DNA from: Mobula hypostoma
Lineage: Eukaryota
Assembly (NCBI RefSeq): GCF_963921235.1
Contig: NC_086097.1
Span: 139,440,001-139,504,000, forward strand
DNA: 64,000 nucleotides
Direction: 5' to 3'
Part shown: piece after piece, positions 36,280 through 47,989 of the stretch
Numbering within the stretch: position 1 is the first letter of the stretch
Layout of the letters: every line of letters begins with the position of its first letter
Position numbers and translations under genes: made by a program
Notes under the pieces: model-generated
Databases searched by the model: none
Told to the model about the DNA's origin: nothing
Seen by the model: the letters and a program-made list of their open reading frames with translations, nothing else

Positions 36280-38630
36280 AGCTGAAAAGGCATTTGATAG
36301 AGTTGAATGGAAATACTTATTTAACGTTTTAGAGAAATTCAACTTTGGTACTAATTTTAATGTGGATTAGAATGATATATAAAAGCCCTATTGCTACTGT
36401 TATTACTAATAATTGCAGATCTCCTTTTTTCGACTTTCGCGGGGTACAAGACAAGGATGTCCGTTAAGTCTCCTGTTATTTAATTTTGTGTTGGAACCCT
36501 TGGCCATTGCACTTCATGAAGCTGAAGATATCCATGGAATTTCCATAAATGGGACTATTCATAAGATCTCCCTTTATGCTGATGATATCTTTGTTTATGT
36601 TTCGAATCCTGAAGAATCTATTCCTAGTTTATTGAAATTATTAAGTGAACTTGGAAAGTTTTCAGGATATAAACTAAACCTTTATAAAAGTGAATTATTT
36701 CCTCTAAATGATTCTGCTTCTGTATATGATGACACTCCTTTTAAAGTTACGGACTCTTAAATATTTAGGTATTATCATCACTAAAAATTACAGAGACCTT
36801 TATAGAGCTAATTTGGTTCCTTTAGTGGATTTTATGAAGCAATTATTTTGTAGATGTAATCCACTTACACTTTCGTTAGCTGGCCGAATTCATGCAGTTA
36901 AAATGATGATTTTACCAAAATTTTTTATATGTATTTCAAAATATTCCTATTTTTTTAAACTAAGAAATTTTTTTGATCAGGTTGACACTATTATTTTATC
37001 TTTTGTTTGGAATAATAAAAGACCAAGAATTGGAAAATATCATTTACAAAAATTAAAAAAGGATGGAGGTCTTGCTCTGCCTAATTTAAGAATGTATTAT
37101 TGGGCTGTTAATATACGTTATGTGTGTTCTTGGTTATATTGGACTGATAAAAATGAACGAGCCACCTTGGGTTGATTTGGAATTGAAAGCTGTGAAACAA
37201 TTTTACTTAACTTTGTTATTAGGAGCTTCTTTACCTGTACAACTGGCCAAAATTTCTAATCTAAATTTATATCCTGTGATTAAGCAGTCATTACGAATTT
37301 GGTACCAGTTTTGTAATTTTTTTAATCTCAAAAAATTTAACCTTCTTAGTTTAATTTATTGAAATTATTTATTTAAACCTTCACTTAGTGATCCTACCTT
37401 TTTTCTTTGGAGGAATAAAGGAGTCTATTCCCTTATGGATCTGTTCCAAGAAGGCCAATTGATGTTTTTTGAGAAATTAGTCACTAAATACTCTCTCTCG
37501 TGCTCACATTTCTTGCAATATCTTCAGGTCAGACATTTCTAACAAGAATATTTAAGTAATTTTCCATATATACACAAGATTCTGACCTGTTAGACGTTAT
37601 TTTAAAAATGAATCCTTTCGTGAAAGGTTTTATTGGGAAAATTTATAATTTACTATTACAACAGTACAATTATCCTTTACTTATGATTAAGCAAGATTGG
37701 GAAAGAGAGCTTAACATGACCTTGATAACAGAGGATTGGTTGCGAATTTTGAAGTTGGTTAACTCTGATTTGTGCCAGTCACTCTTTAATACAATTTAAA
37801 ATTGTACATAGTTACTATTTGACAAAGGAGAGACGGTCTGAAATATTTCCTAATGTTGATAGTCAGTGTGATAGATGTAAAACTGAGACAGCTACATTGA
37901 CACATATGTTTTGGTCGTGTTCTGTATTGAAACAGTTTTGGAAATCTATTTTCTCTACTATTTCTAAAGCTTTAAAAATTAATTTACAACCTAATAAATT
38001 GACAGTTTTGTTCAGTATAATACCTCAATATATTCATGGTATTTCTATATCAGACCAACATGTAATTGCATTTGTTACATTATTGGCCAGAAGGGCTATT
38101 TTATTGAAATGGAAAGATGCCTCTGCTCCCACTTTGATACAATGGTTCTCTCAGGTGATGTTATGTCTTAGTTTGGAGAAAATCAGAAGTCGAACTTTTG
38201 ATCCTCGATTTGACTTTGAGAAAAGGTGAGGTTCTTTTGCCCACTACTGTCATTTGATTTGAGTTAATTAAGATGGTTCCCTTCTGATTCTTGTTTAAAT
38301 GGAGTTGAGTTGGTGAATTGATGTTTTTCTTTTATGGAAGTTTGTATGGCATATAGCTCCGGGGTTGTGCTCCCAATGGGTTTTTTTTCCAGTTTTTTTT
38401 TGTTAGTGGGGTTTTTTTTTTGCTTTAGTTAGTAAGGGTTCTTTTTTTCCTTCTTTCTTTTTTCCAAAAAGATAGTTTTAACATTTTATTTTTTCTTATT
38501 ATTATTGATATATTGTTTAGCTTTGTTAATCAGTTATTTGACAATTTAATTTCTCATTATACATATTGACGTTGACTTGATTAATGTATTTTTTGTTGAT
38601 CTTCAACAATAATTAATAAAAAAGATTTTA
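36280..38630 (+). mobile_element. 5'-truncated L1-clade LINE (RT and C-terminal Zn-knuckle), degraded
   Basis: [35 protein letters not shown]...HMFWSC; T-rich 3' UTR and AATAAA. Confidence 0.92.
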
Positions 38631-40322
38631 AAGTGAAATGAATCGTGGGGAAGGGATGGACAGGGGAAAGGGAATCTCTTTTAGGATTCTTGCGTTTTGA
38701 AAGAGGTCTGGTGAAAGAGCTAGCTAGAGAGATACAACAAACGGAGGAGTATGTTAAATCTGTGAACTGACCTGGGCAGCTCTGTGGCACAGCAGGTGGA
38801 GCTGCTACCTCACAGCTCTGGAGATTCTGGTTCAGGCTTGACCTTAGGTTCCACTCAGCATGGAGTTGACATGTACTGCCTGTGATCCCAGGATGTTCTG
38901 GTTTTACTTCCATATTCCAAATACATGCAGGTTTAGGGTAAATCGGTGGTTGATAGTTTCTGTGCTGTATGATCCGGTGACTTACAGAATTCACACTTGT
39001 AAAATTCTCTTTGAACTTCCAATCCATGTTACGCCTCAAGCAGAAATTAAACCTTCTATCTACCTCACGTACTTGAGGGATTTCTCACGCTCTGCAGGTG
39101 CATCAGTTCTTCTCTCCCTTTTCCCCAGCTACTCAGGACCTCTGGAGCTTCTTTTTAGAACACAAGGCTGACTCCAAGAAGGCAAGAAAGATCCCTCTCA
39201 AAAATAAAAAGGGTCCCTGTGGGCTCCCTGATAAATCTTTGCAGAGTTATGGGAGTTTTGATGGTCCAGATATAGGCAGGATCCTCCAACTGCTGCCATA
39301 AGTACACCGCTAGCGAAAGGCAGTCACCCATAAATCCAAAGGGAATTCAAGGGAAACTGCCTCACCCACAGAAGGAGAAAGCGGGGAACAGCCCAGACAA
39401 GCAGCATTAATGTACCCAAGGAAAATAGGAGGGACATATGAGCGGAAGAGACACTCCAGCTTGGGGAAGAGCAGTGAATACCCTGTTCTGTGCTAGGAGT
39501 CTTGTCTTATCATTACATCACAAGGCATGGGTGCCACAGTAGCTGAGCAGTTACGGGCGCCATAGCAGCGTAGCGGTTAGCATGATGCTATTACAGCTCA
39601 GGGCGCCATAGTTTGGAGCTCAAATCCAGTGCCAGCTGTAAAGAGTTTGTACGTTCTCCCCGTGACTGTGTGGGTTTCCTCCAGGTGCTCCGGTCTCCTC
39701 CCACACAGCAAACACTAGGTTAGTTGGTCATTGTAAATTGTCCTGCGACTAGGCTATGGTTAAGTAGGTGGGTCGCTGGGCGGTGTGGGTTGGAAGGGCC
39801 TGTCCACACGTTAGCTCCAAATAAATAAATAAGACTCTTCTGGGTAAATGAACGCGACACTGGCAGCTGTAACAGGTTTGTGACATTTCACAAGATCTAT
39901 ATATACAGTTTTCACAACAGAGCAGCATAATCACAGTGAACCTGTAACCCTGTTCCACATATAACTGAACTGTGGCAAAGCTGAATGTTAAGTCTGTATC
40001 CACAACCCTTTGATATTCTTTACCCAACAATAATTCACCAGTTCCAATTTTTTCCCCAGTTAGTCTTCTGCCATCAACCATTTGAGAAAGACAGATGACA
40101 AATTCAGACCCAAGATCCAGTAAAAGAATACTTCAAATAAATGACCAGATCTGTTGGCAGATTACAGCTGTGTAACTTAATGCAAACGGTAGACCCAGGA
40201 ATGCCAGACTTCAGAAATTCCTCACCAAACCTCAGTGTCTACTGAAGATGAAGTGAGGAACATTTGACTCTGAGTTGCTTTACATCAGAGGAGAAGGCAC
40301 AAACAGGAATAACATGTAAATA

Positions 40323-40844
40323 CAGTACTGTGCAAAAGTCTTAGAAACATATATATAGCTAGGATGCCCAAGATCTTTGCACAGTACTGTATTTGTCAAT
40401 GTGCAGCAGAGAGCAAAACTGCAAATCTGACAGGAGCACAGGATGTTGGGAATGGCGAGGGTGGAGCACCGTGCGAGGGGTGTGGGATAGGTGGTGGAGA
40501 AGGAGTGCCGAGGTGGACAGTGGCGGAGGAGGAATGACAGAGTGGAGGGTGACACAGGTGCATACAGACCCAGCCCTGAGACACCAGGCAATGTCATTTG
40601 ATTCCAAACAATTAGCTGATTGATCATTACAGAATGTCTCTCTGGTGCTTCCTGCTCCTTCCCCTCTCCCTTCCCTTATCCCAACCATGATTCCCCTTTC
40701 ACAGCCCCCTTCTCACCCTCAGTCCACGATAGAGTCCCATATCAGAATCAGCTTTAGTATCACTCTCATGTCATGAATTATTTTGTGCAAAAGTCTTAGG
40801 CACCCTAGCTATATACATGTGCCCATGACTTTTGCATAGTACTG
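40323..40844. mobile_element. Tc1-type non-autonomous element (MITE)
   Basis: TA flanks; termini cagtactgtgcaaaagtc / gacttttgcatagtactg. Confidence 0.75.
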
Positions 40845-42369
40845 TACATCAGATTTTGGGACAATATGCCAACAAAATTACCTGATACAGAACATCTGAA
40901 ATTTCTCAGAACTTTAACAATCATGGACAATCAGAGGACATCACAGTAATTGTGACTTTTTTTTAAACGGGTTAAATATTTTGAAGCTCATTGTCATATC
41001 TGTATTCACCAATAACCGCAACTGTTCCCCCATGACCATAGAATACCTTGTGCAGAGTATGAAACTTTGCTCCTTTCAGCGTTTAGCAAAGCAGCCTTGT
41101 TTTCCTGGTATCTCAGTCATCTGGTCTCTCCACATCTGGACACTGGGGAGGGAGGCTATCTGCCGAGACAGGAAATACTGAATTAAGACAGGATCCAGAC
41201 ATGAAGTCTGCCTGTTCCTCCCATTCTCATCCTCCAGTAAAATTCCTCACATTTTATCTTTTCTGTTTTTTTAAAAACTTAAAGAACTTGCTTCTAAGTG
41301 AAGAGTTCAATTAAAGTGTCAAGTAAAATATTTAGAGTTGTTTTCAAATTTAACCAATTTGTTAGTTTGCTGACAGAACAACAGGCGCAGGGAATTATTA
41401 ATGCTAATTGTAATGGGTTAGTAATTAGCTAAACTTCCCAAAAATACTTGACAGTTTATTGGATCCTCCCAACAGCAGAAAATAATTCATCAAATAAGCT
41501 TATGATAGAGTTAAGCGATGGGCAGCAACTTCGAACTAAAATATCTCACAGAACTGCCAAGAGGAAGGAAGTACTTGTGGTAAGCTGCCAGCAGCAGTTC
41601 CAAATATCCTGCAGTGAACTACACTGATAAACGTCTTATCTAATGAGTGTAAGGAATACTTGGGAGAGAACAGTACAAACATTATCAATAACCCATCACC
41701 CTCTACCAGTCTACAGTATAAGAGCAGAATTAGGCCATTCAGCCCATCGAGTTTGCTCTGCCCTTCCATCGTGGCTGATTTATTGTCCCTCTCATTATTT
41801 TCCTGCCTTCTCCCAGTAGTCTTTACCCATCAAGAACTTCTCAATCTCCACTTTAAATACACCCAATGATTTGGCCTCTACAACTGTCTGTAGCAATGAA
41901 TTTCATTGATTCACTGCCCTCTGGATAAAGAATTTCCTCATCATCCCTGGTCCTGCCAAAGAGTTTCAGCCGGAAATGTCAACTGTAATTATTTTTCCAT
42001 ATATGCTGCCTGGCCTGCTGAGTTCCTTTGTGTGTGTTGCTTTTATTTTAGACCAATGGTGCTGGACCAACAATACATAAACCAAGAAGATACCAGTAGA
42101 GGGTAGTCAGGGAAGTGGGTTTGAAGGAGAGATCAAGCAGCTTCCAAAGCTCAGAGCCCACATAACTGGAGCCAGAACAGTTTGGGAGATAGTTTGTAGG
42201 ATGTCACAAGCGAAGAAAGGGGGAAAACCAGAAATGGATTGCAAGGTAAAAGATGATTTGAAAAATGATTCATTCAGGGATTGAGATCCGGCACAGCAGG
42301 ATATTTGGTGGACTGAAGGAGTGAGTTCAGGATTGCTAGTAGGGAAAAAGTACTCTGGAAATATAATAA

Positions 42370-42570
42370 ACAAGAGAAAGTCTGCAGATGCTGGAAATCC
42401 GAGTAACACACACAAACTGCTGGAGGAACTCAGCAAGCCAGGCAGCGTTTATGGAAAAAAGTAATTGATGTTTCAAGCCAAAAGCCTTCGTCAGGACTGG
42501 AGAAAAACAATCTACTGTTCAGATGCTGCCTGGCCTGCTGAGTTCCTCCAGCATTTTGTGTGTGTTGCTG
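42370..42570. mobile_element. Penelope-like terminal repeat, short fold-back remnant
   Basis: acacacacaaactgctggaggaactcagc...gcagc and its reverse complement at about 42522-42568; degenerate hammerhead core at about 42465-42497 on minus. Confidence 0.65.
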
Positions 42571-43029
42571 GAGAAATAATAGTTTGTCCAGGGTGGTGGA
42601 GACAACAGGGGTAGGATAAGAGATAACAGAAATGGAAGGGGTTGGTTTGTGATCAATTTGATCAGTAGGTGTGTGTAGGTGAGGAATCTGCAGAAGGCTC
42701 TGCTGTGAACATTATGCAAACAGTTTGCTTCACCTCAAATATTATGGCTGAGGGAAGTGAATGGGGATGAAATACTCGAGAAACTAGCACAGCTTCCAGG
42801 GAGGAAGCTAGAATGGCAGGTGAGCAGCTTGCTAAACAAGTAGTGACCACTTCACACACTGAAATTTTACCTGGCTTTAGAGAACTTCCCAAGGAGCAAG
42901 AAGAGGGCGATGATCTTAAGGAGTCCCACGATGGGGCAACATTGTTGTAGACAGTTGTTGTTCCTCTGAAACAAACCAGGTAAATTATAGGTGGATATGT
43001 CCTATAGTGGTAACGGAATTCATTAAGAT

Positions 43030-45210
43030 TAAGGCTGCGATAGTCACATCTGGAAGAGCATGGCTTTGTGCAGGGATGGCCACATCCTATAAATGTTTTT
43101 TGAGGAATTGATGAAGATGATGAGGGTTGGGCTGTGGATGTTGTTGACAAGGACTTCAGTACTGTAATGCTGTTATTTATTGACATACAGCATGGAATAG
43201 GCCCTTCAAACCACTCAGCCCAGCAATCACCTAGCCTAATCAAGGGATAATTTACAATGAGCAATTAATCTACCAACCGGTACATCTGTGAGAGGAAACT
43301 ACAACACCTGGAGAATACCCACAGTCATAAGGAGAATGTACAAACTCCTTACAGGCAATAGCAGAATGACCAAGTCTCGCATGGTAAATTAAGCTAGAAG
43401 ATTAAGGTGCAATAGTTCCATGGAGATTTGGTAATTGGATTCAACATTGGAATGGGATAGAAAACGGGGGTAGTAGTGGAAGAGTGATATTCTGAATGGA
43501 GGTCTGACCAATGGTGTTCCACAGGGATCAACACTGGGACCTCTTGTCTCTGAGGTACATATATGAATTAAACATATTAAACAATTTCCCCCAGGATCGA
43601 TAAAGTATGACTATAATGGTAGGCTGATACGTAAGTTTACAGATGACAGAACATCTGAGGAAGTTGTGGATAATGAGGAAGATTGTCAAAGGATTTAATG
43701 GGATACTGACCCATTGGAATTGCGCCAAATATGGTTTAATCTAGATGTGTGTGAAGTGCTTTTCCACTTCCAGAGGACAGAGGAAGGCATACAGTAAATG
43801 ACAGGACCATTGAGATCATTGATGTATAGAAGGATCTTGAACTGAAAAACTATATTTCCATGAAAATGGCAACAGAAATAGATAGTGTAGTTCAAAGTAC
43901 ATTTATTATCACGTATACATTATACCTTGAGATTAGTCTCCTTACAGGAAGCTACAAGAAACCCAGAAGAACCCATAAAAAAAATACCCAACAGCCAATG
44001 TGTAATAAAAGCAAGCAAACAGCATTTAGAACAAAAATGAGTCCTCAGACACAAAGCCTGGAGCAGTCCCAGAGCCTCATCCTCAGTGCAACGAAGAGCA
44101 GAATAAACGTCAGCGAGCAGAACTGGCCCAACCCTTACCTTGGGTCCTGATACCCTCCCTTTTCAACACATCCGGACCAGCGTTTAAATCTTCCAAATGT
44201 CAGGTCCTTCCTCGCTCTCAGATCTGGCCCTGTTGCATCAATACCTGGACTCCACTGCTACGCTCCAGCACATACACGACCTTTCCAAATCGGTCCAGCT
44301 TAAATCAATCAAACCTCGCTCTCAGTTTAGATGGATGGGCTCCAAATTTGCCTCTCCTCCACTCCGACTCCTCCTCGAATGTGCTTCGACTTTGCCGGCT
44401 CTCCCTCGAACGTGCCTCGACTTTGCTGGCTCTCCCTCGAACGTGCCTCAACTTTGCCGGCTCTCCCTCGAACATGCCTCGACTTCGCCAGCTCTCCCTC
44501 GAACGTGCCTCGACTCGCACCCCAATGCTTTGACCCATAACTCAGCCTCCCCTTCCCTCTCTTCTTGTAAGTTATCATATACCACAATTTTTCCAGAGAA
44601 AGTGCTATTAATAAAGTATGGTAAAGTAAAAACAGAATACAATATGCTTACCTGCATGGGTCTGGGGGTTCAGTAATAGAGTTGGAAAGTCATGCTGCAG
44701 CTTTATAAAACTTTGGTCTGGCCTCATTCGGAGTGTTGTGTGTGTTCTGGTAGACCCATTACAGGATGGATGAGGAGGCTTTGGATAAAGAAGTTGTTCA
44801 CCAGGCTGATGCTGCGAGGAGAAGCTGCACAAACTTGGATTGTTTTCTGTGGAACATGAGAGGATGAGGGGCAATCTGACAGAAGTTTATAAAATAATGA
44901 AAAGCATGAATATGGTAGATAGTCAGAGCCTTATTCCCAGGGTGGAAACATTAATACTTGAGGTTTAAGCTCAGAAGGACAAAGTTTTAAAAAATTGCAA
45001 GACAAGTTTTTTTTTGAAAACACTATGCACTGCCAGGGGTGGTGGTGGAAGTACATGCAACAGCAATATTTAGGAGGCATTTGGACAAACATGAACAGAC
45101 TGGGAATGGAGTAATAAGGATCATGTACCGACAGATGGGGTTTGTTTAAATTGGGATTATGGTCAGCACATACAGTGGGTTGAAGAGCCTGTTCCTGCAC
45201 TGCATTCTAT
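43030..45210 (+). mobile_element. old fragmented CR1 LINE interrupted by younger insertions
   Basis: RT remnants (HGFVQG, GVPQGS.LGPL, LYKTLV.PH.E.CV.FW, MRGNLTEVYKIM) and CR1 tail. Confidence 0.6.
44374..44515. repeat. 31-bp CpG-rich minisatellite (ctcgaacgtgcctcgactttgccggctctcc), about 4.5 copies
   Basis: Unit starts at 44374, 44405, 44436, 44467 and 44498. Confidence 0.92.
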
Positions 45211-46199
45211 GTTCAGTACTGGAGGAGCCTCTGATGCCTGCGTCGCTGAGGAGCTGAAAAGGAGAGAAGGAACCAACTGGACAAAGGAAGGAGGAACTGC
45301 AGGAGAGGAGAACAGGAAGAGAAAGCTGGGTTTTGAGGTGAAGGGCTGTAAAATAATCAGGAATGAAGGGAATACTTCCTGGGTCATGGGATGTGGGCGA
45401 AGGGAGATATGTTAAAGAAAGAATGTAAATAAACACAGTAACTGAGCTCTCTGAAGCAGAATCGGGTCCTTTCAAATCCCTGAACCCCACGGTGGCCCAC
45501 AGGATGAAGAGGGGAGGATATGGAGAGTGTGACCAGAATCAGGGTGCATCGGTGACCCAAAAAAGGTTTGGGAATTCTGTGTCTGCTAAGGGATTCAGAT
45601 GCCACAGATGTGTTCATCTGCAAGAAACAAGACAAATCTGGTAACTAAAGAAATGCCTGTGCTGTGAGAGACAGGGAACATTATCATCAGGGTCTCCACT
45701 ACTACTTCATCCTATGGTCAGAGCTACTGACCAAATCTGCCCGGATTCCATCCCCTCAGAGGCACTTCAGGACATGACCTTCACACTCCAGCTCCCAGAG
45801 GAGTGCAGGGAGTAGCAGAAACACCACACGTGGGTCTATTCTGACCTCATTAAAGGCTTGGAGTCCATCAGTAACCTCAAGACCCACAGAAATCTGTTTG
45901 CCGGGTGTTTGGTCCAGGATTGCAAGTAATCTGTGATCATAGCCACAAATTCACAGCTGAGATTGGGGAGAGGGGTCAGCAGACAAGAGGATAGGTGGTA
46001 AGTGGGCTGCACAGAGGAAGAAAGGTCTATCGATGGAAGTTGGGGGGGGGGGGATTGGAGCCAGTGGATTGATCAGAGACAGGCATGGTAAATATGGAGA
46101 GTTCATGTAGACACTTATCAGGAAGGTGGAGACCCCTGCCCCAGGTTAAGTGCCTTTCTGTTAGCACCAACGTTCTCAGTTACTAACCCCCTGTGTTCA

Positions 46200-47584
46200 C
46201 GTGCAGTCAAACTTTATTGCAACAGTAAATGAATTCTGTGGCCTCTTGGTGGTCTTGTTCCCTCTTCTCTGACCCAAGAATGGTCCTCTGAGGCCAAGGA
46301 ACTCCCCACATTATTACCAGTCAGTGCCATGGCCAGAGGTTAGAACAACTCCTGGAAGCACTAAGTGAGAATACACCACAGAAGTTGCTCTCGACGACAT
46401 AGGAAATTCCCAACACCACTTCACAGAGGTGGAAGCTCCCTGTATCCCAAATGAAGTTTATTGCTTTTATATCATCCCGAGCTCTATATAAATAAGGAAT
46501 CAATGTTATGTCAAATGCAAACTCATCCTTCTGTTTACATTACTCAAAAACATCACATTGCAGCAGGAAGCACTGACGTCATCACAACATCATTTTATTA
46601 TGTGACTCTGTACAATACAAACAGAAATACAGAGATGGGTAACATGTATACAGCTAGATGTGACTCCCTCCCTCCCCTCCCACCCCCTCCTCTAACACCC
46701 AGAGGCCATGAATCCACTGAGCATGGAGAAGCAAGCTTGACTGCCCTTATAACTGGAGAAGGTGCTTTAATAGCTCCAGAGCATACAGGAAATGCAGCAC
46801 TTTAGTCAATTACAATAAAATGCAAGAGAATGCAAGTTCTTCACTCTTCCTCCACTTCCTAACATACAAAAGCTATGCTTTTTTTGAAAGTTTTTCCAAC
46901 GTTTCTGGGCAATAACTGAAATATCTAAATTAATTGTTACAGTAAATGAAGCAATTACAAAAAGTTAATGTTTTACTAGAGACATTAATTATTGAATAAA
47001 AACAGAAAAAATCTAAGACAACACATTACATAAGTGGCTGAGCCTGTTAGTTTAAATATTTCTGGATGTTTTGGGGAAGGAACAGTGAAAGGTGGAAGAA
47101 AAGATGTTGGCCATGAACCAGAATGAGTTGGACAATCTCTGCTCTATTCACATCAGATACACTGGTGTTGGTTCTTAAAGCAGAGTATAACTACAACAAA
47201 TTATAAGACTGTTTCTTCTAACCATCTTTCAAAGTTCTTACATCTGTGGAAGAACAGACAATATTCTGTAAACAAACCACCAGAACATGATTGCATAACA
47301 GGAATACATTAATTGGCATAAAAAGGGAGGCATCAGGTTCTTTAAAAAAAATTCAGATGTTGTGTCTCTACATACAATACACCCCAGGTAACGTGAGACT
47401 TGTCTAAGTTCCTATACCAGAGACTACAAATAGAAATTAATGTACATAGTATTAAGTTGGCCATTTCACATGCTAATACATTAACATTATAGAGATAATG
47501 GGTGCAAAGTTGAATCCTTTCAACAAAAAAATTATGTCCAGGGCTGGCAAATTGGCAAGTACATAATTGGTGGCCTTCAAATGT
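46200..47584 (-). other. SEPT7: SEPT7 3' UTR with candidate polyadenylation signals
   Basis: AT-rich stretch with no recognisable repeats after the stop; minus-strand AATAAA at 46457-46462 and 46213-46218. The true 3' end is unknown. Confidence 0.55.
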
Positions 47585-47624
47585 TTAAAAGATCTTCCCT
47601 TTCTTCTTGTTCTTTTCCAAGGTC
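47585..47624 (-). CDS. SEPT7: septin-7 last coding exon (RTLEKNKKKGKIF*)
   Basis: tttctttcaaag|G ACC TTG GAA AAG AAC AAG AAG AAA GGG AAG ATC TTT TAA; diagnostic SEPT7 C-terminus. Confidence 0.96.
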
Positions 47625-47989
47625 CTTTGAAAGAAAAAACACAAAGATCAGCATGCTATGATGGCACAAGCAAACAAACCAAGGACAATGTCAGAGGACG
47701 GCCTTGTTGAAGTCCAAGAACAAAGTACCTGACCTGGTTTCAGACTGCTGCATACCTGAACACATTCAATTACAATGTGCAGGCAAGGAAACACCTCCTC
47801 CTATATATGGAGGTGGCAGAGCAGCCAGCCAGCACATAAGGTTGTTTGTTGGTGACACAGCCTGAGGTTTGGGTGCTTTTCGGCTCCTTTTCAGTGGGCT
47901 GCAGTGTGAGGCCAATAAAAAAGGAAGGTGAAAGCTGAGCAGCTATTGTGCAAATGGGGCAGTGGTCCAGCTTTGGCTCAACAGGCTTT

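Noticed and set aside
44197..44676. 159-aa ORF and overlapping ORFs with internal repeats
   Set aside because: By-product of the 31-bp tandem repeat, which is open in several frames on both strands.
31750..46200. A third protein-coding gene between PKHD1L1-like and SEPT7 (for example ORFs 33999..34439, 38581..39039, 42662..43264)
   Set aside because: No recognisable homology or consistent exon chain; most ORFs overlap repeat remnants.
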